A stretch of 13,455 bases of DNA from Pseudomonadota bacterium. GTDB lineage: Bacteria; Bdellovibrionota_B; Oligoflexia; Oligoflexales; RGVZ01. The translations under genes and the position numbers were made by a program. The notes under the pieces were generated by a model that saw nothing but the letters and a program-made list of their open reading frames with translations, was not told the DNA's origin and ran no database searches. Positions 8,371 through 13,455 of the stretch are shown piece after piece (the first letter of the stretch is position 1; each line of letters opens with the position of its first letter). The stretch lies in the NCBI GenBank assembly GCA_026390495.1, contig JAPLFV010000164.1:1-13455 (forward strand), written 5' to 3'.

Positions 8371-8404
8371 GGACACACGACTGAACCCGAATTAATCCGG
8401 AATT

Positions 8405-8456
8405 AGGGACACACGACTGAACCCGATTTATAATTCCGAACCAGTCGTGTGTCCCT
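8405..8456. repeat. Perfect 15-bp stem hairpin formed by direct copy B and its inverted copy (loop 22 nt)
   Basis: AGGGACACACGACTG (8405-8419) pairs with CAGTCGTGTGTCCCT (8442-8456). Confidence 0.8.
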
Positions 8457-8606
8457 CTATTAGCAGAGACTCCAATGTCGCATCATTTTTGTGTAAATTG
8501 GGGACACACGACTGGACCCGATCTCCAATATACGGTGTCAGTCGTACGGCACCAAAGAAATAATAAATTAGGGACACACGACTGGACCCAATCTCCAGAA
8601 AATGGG

Positions 8607-8651
8607 GTCGTACGACTGGTACCGAGATAATTTCGGTACCAGTCGTACGGC
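8607..8651 (-). terminator. 19-bp stem / 7-nt loop hairpin immediately downstream of yihY; probable terminator for the minus-strand operon
   Basis: GTCGTACGACTGGTACCGA (8607-8625) pairs with TCGGTACCAGTCGTACGGC (8633-8651), with one G.U pair and a GATAATT loop. On the minus strand it is followed by CCCATTTTC (a short U-tract). It starts 8 nt after the yihY stop and is built from repeat-element cores. Confidence 0.55.
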
Positions 8652-8658
8652 ACCAATA

Positions 8659-10038
8659 TTAAGTTAGAAGTGACTCCAATGTCGTATCATTCTTCAAGCG
8701 CTCAGGTTCACCTAGGACTTGTTTTATTTTTGGAGAAAGATCTGGATTCCAGCTGGCAATCCAGTCATGCAAGGGCGAAGTGATTTGACCAAGAAAGCTG
8801 CCTACGGAAATTGATGATGCGTTACTAGTTGGAAACCATCTTTCGCTTCCTCCACTTCCAGTCAACCCACCAGCATCCTGCACATTTGCACTCACAATCA
8901 AACTCTGGTGCTTAAGCAGTTCAATTGCATCAAATACCCACTCGTGGGGAAGTTTAAGCGCCTTGACCAAATCTCCTGTAGAAATTCCCGTTCGATCACC
9001 ATCCAGGAATTTTTTGTGGATCAAAACTAGCACAATCAAAGGCAATCTTGTCTTAACTGAATGATTCCTTAGATGCTCCAAAGGACTTGTCGCTGCTTCA
9101 ATAGATTTCTCAGTCTCAATGGGTGGAAATCCGGTTTGAATACGCCAAGCAAACAAAGCTCCTGCTAAAACAACAACCCAACAAAAATAGATCCACATTA
9201 AAAAAATCGGCAACGCCGCCAACGTTCCATAGACTGACTGGTAACTCAACTTAGAGACATAAACGGCATAAGTTTTACTTAAAATAAAGAATATCGTCCC
9301 TGCAAGAGCTGCACCCCTCAAAGCAGATCTATTTTGCACCGTACAGTTCGGTACAACCTTATAAATCAAATAAAACACAAGGCAGTTCAAAAGCCACGAG
9401 AAAGCTATGGAAATAATAGGAATACTATCTGCATGGTCAGCCACGGCCAAAGTTTTCTTGGTAATGAGAGTCGTTATGGAATAGCTAGTCGATAACCCCA
9501 AAACTACCGCAATGCCAAACATTCCGAGCGTTATAAAAAGCCAAAAATAAATAAACCTTGTTACCATCGGACGTGCAACAGTCACTAACCAAATTCTATT
9601 TAATGCATCTTCTATCTGCCTGAGCAGCATGACCAATGTAAACAATAGCCCGACAAACGCAGACATCCCTATCTTCTTTAAATTCAATCCAGCAATAAAA
9701 GATTCAAGATAGGAAACCACTTGGGTACCGCTACCTGTCGCCAAATATTTAAAAAGAAACTGCCTGGCATCATCGAGCAGGCCGGCATTACTTCCTAAAA
9801 CTGGCAAAAATAATCCCAATAAGGTAAAAAGTGCCGCGAGACTCGGCACTAGGGAAAAAAGCGTTATATAAGCCATTGCTGAAGCTTGCTTCGTCAAGTC
9901 ACTTCGTTGCACGTCTTGAAAATAAATATTGGTGTGATGGTAGTACTTCTTGGCCCAGGATGGCCATTTTTCATAAGCAAAATATCGCTTAATGTACGAT
10001 TCCGTCACGTCCTTGTGCCCTCGTTTTAATCCATTCAC
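8659..10038 (-). CDS. yihY: YihY/BrkB-family (formerly 'ribonuclease BN') inner-membrane protein with extended C-terminal soluble domain
   Basis: 459 aa. Family signature AMAYITLFSLVPSLAALFTLLG after an N-terminal cytoplasmic segment of about 50 aa. Multiple TM helices. The C-terminal domain of about 150 aa is hydrophilic. The start is ambiguous: GTG at 10038 overlaps the upstream ORF by 50 nt, and an alternative GTG lies at 10008. The last 13 codons (RLKNDTTLESLLT) are encoded by the repeat 'tail' copy. Confidence 0.85.
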   Translation of the reverse strand: MNGLKRGHKDVTESYIKRYFAYEKWPSWAKKYYHHTNIYFQDVQRSDLTKQASAMAYITLFSLVPSLAALFTLLGLFLPVLGSNAGLLDDARQFLFKYLATGSGTQVVSYLESFIAGLNLKKIGMSAFVGLLFTLVMLLRQIEDALNRIWLVTVARPMVTRFIYFWLFITLGMFGIAVVLGLSTSYSITTLITKKTLAVADHADSIPIISIAFSWLLNCLVFYLIYKVVPNCTVQNRSALRGAALAGTIFFILSKTYAVYVSKLSYQSVYGTLAALPIFLMWIYFCWVVVLAGALFAWRIQTGFPPIETEKSIEAATSPLEHLRNHSVKTRLPLIVLVLIHKKFLDGDRTGISTGDLVKALKLPHEWVFDAIELLKHQSLIVSANVQDAGGLTGSGGSERWFPTSNASSISVGSFLGQITSPLHDWIASWNPDLSPKIKQVLGEPERLKNDTTLESLLT

Positions 10039-10585
10039 GGATCGTTGCTAGCTTCTCTGATTCCCATTGTTTCCCAGTACGCTCATCCATAAATTTTGCC
10101 ATAAGATAATCTAAAGCACTACCTAGGGCAGAAATTGCATACATTCTCTGCTCCAAAGGATCCTCGTCGCGATCGTCACGAACTTCTGGCAACTCAAGAG
10201 ATCTCGGCGACAAATCATCACCAACCAATGTAAATGAGAAGTGCCCAATACCATCAATATCAAGACCTAGTCGAAGCTCCTTTACAGATTTTCCGTGGCG
10301 CAATGCAGCGGCCGTAGCATCACATTGTGACGGGTTACCGCCGCGTATCGAATGGTCAAAACTGAGACCTGTCTTTGATGTCAAAACGATTTTATCTTCA
10401 ATCTGAATAAGACACTTTAAGGGGCCAAATTCCTCGTTCTTGAACTTAAAATTGCAATCTTCTGACTCCGAAACAAACCAAAGCCAAGTTAAAAATTCTT
10501 TGCCTAAAAAACTCTTGTGAACAGCGTGGCTGTGGATTTCTTCTAGGTTAGATTGTATAAATTCAGAAAACTCAGTAATTGCCAT
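9989..10585 (-). CDS. Hypothetical cytoplasmic protein (198 aa), co-transcribed with yihY
   Basis: ATG at 10583-10585 with GGAGAC RBS. Acidic protein with no TM segment and no motif I can place. The stop at 9989 overlaps the yihY start region. Confidence 0.6.
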   Translation of the reverse strand: MAITEFSEFIQSNLEEIHSHAVHKSFLGKEFLTWLWFVSESEDCNFKFKNEEFGPLKCLIQIEDKIVLTSKTGLSFDHSIRGGNPSQCDATAAALRHGKSVKELRLGLDIDGIGHFSFTLVGDDLSPRSLELPEVRDDRDEDPLEQRMYAISALGSALDYLMAKFMDERTGKQWESEKLATIREWIKTRAQGRDGIVH

Positions 10586-10860
10586 TGGTTAGGTCTCCAA
10601 AAATCTGTTGATAACCTGTTAACAATATGGGGACAACCCGTGGACAAGTCATATTTGACCTGACAGGTAAATGAGCCCGAACTGCGACCAAAATCCTTGG
10701 GAATAAATAGAATCCCGAACGGAAACCAGGAGTCACAAAAGGCACGAGCAGAATCTCAAAGAGATGGAAAAAATCCCACTTGTTTCATCTGCGTTGTCTG
10801 AAATGGTAGGACATTCTTGGCCAGGTGACTGTCAATGTCAAGCGTGAGATTTCACAAATT

Positions 10861-10897
10861 AAAAAAAACCTTCAATGGCTTGAGCATCAAAGGTTTT
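10861..10897 (-). terminator. Rho-independent terminator of mtnD
   Basis: On the minus strand: AACCTTTGATG-ctcaagc-CATTGAAGGTT (11-bp stem with two G.U pairs, 7-nt loop) followed by TTTTTTTT. It lies 29 nt after the mtnD TAA. Confidence 0.6.
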
Positions 10898-10925
10898 GAA
10901 GTATCGCGAAATATTTTTTGAATGC

Positions 10926-11447
10926 TTATGCAAAATGCAACACACGCTCTTTGCTTCCAATTTGAGCATAAGGATAATGAGCTTCCCAGCCCGCTTTATC
11001 TTTAAACAATCGGATGCATCGAATTGACTTCTCCTCCGTCAAATAAAACAAATGTCGCCTCCACGCTGGCACGACTATCAAGTCACCTGGCTCGGCAGTA
11101 AACACAACCCGCTCAGTTGCTGTAACATTAATTTCAAAAACGCCTGCACCTGCAACAACAAATCGCACTTCATCATCAGTGTGATGATGCTCATCAACGA
11201 ACTTCGCCAAAAGCACATCTAGGTTAGGAGTACTAGGGTCTAGCGCAATCACGTCCTCAGTCACGTACCCACGATCAAGTTTCATTCGTTCAACATCTGG
11301 CAAGTATGCTTTCAATACACCTTCAGCGGAATCATCATTCAGCTTTCTTACGCCCCAAGATTCAAATGGTATTCCATATTCGCCCAATACAAGTTTGATT
11401 TGATCTTGATCGGTGTATGTCACGCCCCTAAAATTCAACTTTGCCAT
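10926..11447 (-). CDS. mtnD: Acireductone dioxygenase (1,2-dihydroxy-3-keto-5-methylthiopentene dioxygenase, ARD; cupin)
   Basis: Colinear with Klebsiella ARD: DVIALDP, EHHHTDDEVRFVVAGAGVF (metal-binding His/His/Glu cupin motif 1), LIVVPAWRRHLFY (motif 2 His), IRLFKDKAGWEAHY. I place the start at the ATG for MAKLNF (11445-11447), which has an AAGGA RBS. The ORF track extends it to a TTG at 11468. Confidence 0.85.
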   Translation of the reverse strand: MAKLNFRGVTYTDQDQIKLVLGEYGIPFESWGVRKLNDDSAEGVLKAYLPDVERMKLDRGYVTEDVIALDPSTPNLDVLLAKFVDEHHHTDDEVRFVVAGAGVFEINVTATERVVFTAEPGDLIVVPAWRRHLFYLTEEKSIRCIRLFKDKAGWEAHYPYAQIGSKERVLHFA

Positions 11448-11708
11448 ACAAATCCTTTTTACTATCAATTTCTATTTAAAAATCGTTGCCTTCTGTACCC
11501 ATCTATAACAGAACAGCCTTCCGATTTAAAGCCAATAACAGCCCAAAATAAGTTCCTAATTTTCCAGAACAATAACTCAACGATTTGGAAAACAACCAAA
11601 ACTGCCCCCTCTTGACCCGCTCCCTTTCGCTAAACCGAACTCGTGGTTTTGCCGACTATCACATTAACATAATTGGATTTTTCCAGAAGCAATTGAGGCC
11701 TGAATCGA

Positions 11709-13442
11709 GTGAATCAGCCACCATTAAAAACTAAAAATCGCACATCGTCCTTGGAGTTCGACAAACAAGAACCTTCTGACCCATTAAAAATAAATCCGAT
11801 CCTAAGACAGAACGATTCAAACAATGTCAATTGGCCAAAACTGCAAACACTGAAGGCGAACACTAATACAAACACAAAGAAACCACGAAACTCTCAAGAC
11901 ATGGAGCCCCTTCTTCCTGAGGACGATACGGCAGCATTCTTTAGAACCCGAGCGGTCATCGAGCATACAAAACAGCATCAAACCAGATCAGCCGTGAAGA
12001 ATTTTGCCAGAGGTTTATTTGCATTTATAACCCTCTGCGCTCTGATCTACTTTTTGTTTCCTGGGGCCAAAACCTGGACCAATCATTTGTTCACAAAGTC
12101 GAAAATCCTAACCACAAAGCAAGTCAACAAAGGCAAAAAAACCATCGGCGACAAATCCCCATCAAGCAGCGAGCCTACCTCCGCTGCATTTAATATTTTT
12201 CTGTCGCCGGCGGTCCAATTGGCCAAATCTGGCAATTGGATTGAACTGTCAAAATACACAAATCAATCCTGTCAGAAATGGGAAGCATCTGATGATTGTT
12301 TAAAGAAAGCCTATTTCAATCTTCTTAAAGGTAGAAATAACAATCTTAAAGTCATGCAAAAGATAAATATCGATCAATCAACAACGTTAAAGCCACATGA
12401 CAAATTACTTTGGAATTATATCCTCAACATAAGTCAGCCAGAAACCAAAAATTGGCCCTTGTCATTGCAAGGTATCGTAGCCAAATTCCCAAAAGAACAA
12501 ATTGATATTCTCGTACATCTCAGTGACGAAGGGGTTAAAAATCTGCTCAAACAAAACAAAACCCCTCAGGCATCAGCTCTAGTTTCATTTTTCAAAAATC
12601 AGCTCAAATTTAAACAGAAGGCATATTATTTTGCAAAATGGGATGCGTTCATAAGCGGAGCACAAACATTTAAAATTCCGCCAAATACACTAAGCGTCAT
12701 TTCCTCTGACTTAAAATCATTGTTTGCTGACTCCTTGAGCGCAAACTATCTGACTCCCATGCTCATTAATCAAGGCACAGAGGCAAAACTGGCGAAAGTT
12801 ATATCAAGCAATTTGACAAAGTATACTTCACTAACTGCAGGCGAAGATCCAGAGCGCTGGAATTTACAAGCATATACCAGAATTCTATGGTCAACAGGGA
12901 AAAGGCAAGATGCCATGAAGCTTGTCTTTGTCTATGCCAAATTATTTGGTAACGACGGGTTCTCCAATCATTTCAATTTTGCTTCAACTATGTATTCTTC
13001 CAATCGAACATCACTAACCAACGCTGCAAACGACATTCAAAAATCGAAGGCAATGACTGCTTGGGAGAGTTACTATGTGGCTGGAATGATCTATATCAAA
13101 CTAAATCGAATCAATGAGGCCGAGACTTTTCTAAAGAAAATGAATCAACCAAATTCTACCAACGGCCGACTTTGGAAAAAAATACTTCAGGCTGAAATAA
13201 TGCTTGCAAAAAAACAGGCCAAACAAGTTGAGTCACTCATGCTCGCCGATAAGATACAAATCGCCAATCACTGGTATGGAATGGACGTCTTACGACGATC
13301 CTACGATCTTCAAGATAAGGTAAGCGACTCTACCAATACCCGAACTAAGATGGATCTTATCAAAGGTAATCCCGGATATATGTCCTCACAGGAAATTTTG
13401 AGATCGCCAATGGGCCCGCTTGCCTTGTGGAAAGCAAATTAG
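11709..13442 (+). CDS. Hypothetical membrane-anchored protein with a single TM helix and a probably TPR-like helical-repeat C-terminal domain
   Basis: 577 aa from the GTG at 11709 (weak SD). The first in-frame ATG is at 11901 (MEPLLPEDD...). The N-terminus is low-complexity Asn/Thr/Lys-rich (NTNTNTKK). One TM segment LFAFITLCALIYFLFPGA. A large alpha-helical domain follows with TPR-like stretches such as YYVAGMIYIKLNRINEAETFLKKM. No family recognised. Confidence 0.55.
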   Translation: MNQPPLKTKNRTSSLEFDKQEPSDPLKINPILRQNDSNNVNWPKLQTLKANTNTNTKKPRNSQDMEPLLPEDDTAAFFRTRAVIEHTKQHQTRSAVKNFARGLFAFITLCALIYFLFPGAKTWTNHLFTKSKILTTKQVNKGKKTIGDKSPSSSEPTSAAFNIFLSPAVQLAKSGNWIELSKYTNQSCQKWEASDDCLKKAYFNLLKGRNNNLKVMQKINIDQSTTLKPHDKLLWNYILNISQPETKNWPLSLQGIVAKFPKEQIDILVHLSDEGVKNLLKQNKTPQASALVSFFKNQLKFKQKAYYFAKWDAFISGAQTFKIPPNTLSVISSDLKSLFADSLSANYLTPMLINQGTEAKLAKVISSNLTKYTSLTAGEDPERWNLQAYTRILWSTGKRQDAMKLVFVYAKLFGNDGFSNHFNFASTMYSSNRTSLTNAANDIQKSKAMTAWESYYVAGMIYIKLNRINEAETFLKKMNQPNSTNGRLWKKILQAEIMLAKKQAKQVESLMLADKIQIANHWYGMDVLRRSYDLQDKVSDSTNTRTKMDLIKGNPGYMSSQEILRSPMGPLALWKAN

Positions 13443-13455
13443 TTAGTTTCTGGTG

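Larger units (their letters stand above)
8365..8699. repeat. Cluster of a short repetitive extragenic element (REP/BIME- or MITE-like). It has four direct copies of AATT(A/G)GGGACACACGACTG(A/G)ACCC(G/A)A, three inverted partial copies and a duplicated 23-nt tail.
   Basis: Direct copies at 8365-8390, 8401-8426 (identical 26-mers), 8497-8522 and 8566-8591. Inverted core copies at 8441-8456 (CCAGTCGTGTGTCCCT), 8539-8556 and 8640-8656 (CAGTCGTACGGCACCAA). Tail copies GACTCCAATGTCG(C/T)ATCATT(T/C)TT at 8468-8490 and 8671-8693. Local GC is higher than the surroundings. It sits between convergent genes. Spacing is irregular and orientation is mixed. Confidence 0.8.

Noticed and set aside
8367-8372. 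TTAGGG (telomere-like hexamer) at the start of three repeat copies
   Set aside because: Only one unit occurs per copy and the context is bacterial. Coincidental.
8365-8660. Possible CRISPR array, given repeated about 26-nt units
   Set aside because: Spacers are irregular (10, 70 and 43 nt) and the copies occur in both orientations. Copies are embedded in hairpins, there are only four units, and no cas genes lie in the window. The cluster behaves like REP/BIME or MITE repeats, not CRISPR.
10629-10648. GGGGACAACCCGTGGACAAG resembling the repeat core GGGGACACACGACTGGAC
   Set aside because: The similarity is limited to GGGGACA and TGGAC with different spacing. It is too weak to call an additional copy.
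10819-10836. Sigma-54-like TGGCCAggtgaCTGTCA
   Set aside because: The -24 element deviates (TGGCCA rather than TGGCAC) and there is no TTGC -12 element at the correct spacing.
11400-11615. ORF 11400..11615 (+) overlapping the mtnD start
   Set aside because: It overlaps the mtnD 5' end and its promoter region, has an AT-rich low-complexity translation, and has no RBS.
1-13455. Mobile-element or transposase, phage, integron attC, and tRNA or rRNA genes
   Set aside because: No transposase or integrase-like translation appears in any frame. No cloverleaf-like GC-rich 75-nt segments or rRNA-like conserved blocks were seen. The only mobile-element-like signal is the non-coding repeat cluster.

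Overview
This 13.5-kb window is a chromosomal segment from a Gram-negative bacterium with about 43-45% GC. It is mostly ordinary housekeeping and stress genes with several conserved hypotheticals, and I see no mobile-element, phage, CRISPR or defence genes. Left to right: the 3' end of an unidentified CDS; a 414-aa lipoprotein (lipobox LSAC) on the minus strand; a textbook ahpC-ahpF alkyl-hydroperoxide reductase operon whose upstream palindrome matches an OxyR half-site; an SPFH (Band_7_1/YdjI-like) protein with a C-terminal SHOCT domain; a strong bidirectional terminator; a small candidate outer-membrane beta-barrel protein (signal peptide, C-terminal AFY) on the minus strand; an overlapping OmpR-family response regulator plus two-TM sensor kinase of the CusRS/CopRS heavy-metal type, with no efflux or oxidase genes nearby; a 290-bp intergenic cluster of a short repetitive element (REP/BIME- or MITE-like: four direct 26-nt copies, three inverted copies, two very stable hairpins and a 23-nt duplicated 'tail') that also supplies the last 13 codons of the convergent YihY/BrkB-family membrane protein gene; a 198-aa unknown protein overlapping the yihY start; a terminator; an isolated acireductone dioxygenase (mtnD); and a 577-aa membrane-anchored, probably TPR-like hypothetical. 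The most unusual sequence-level signal is the repeat cluster at 8365-8699. It looks like a diverged tandem duplication of a hairpin-plus-gene-3'-end module. Everything else fits known families. All calls rest on reading the supplied translations and sequence by eye; no searches were run.
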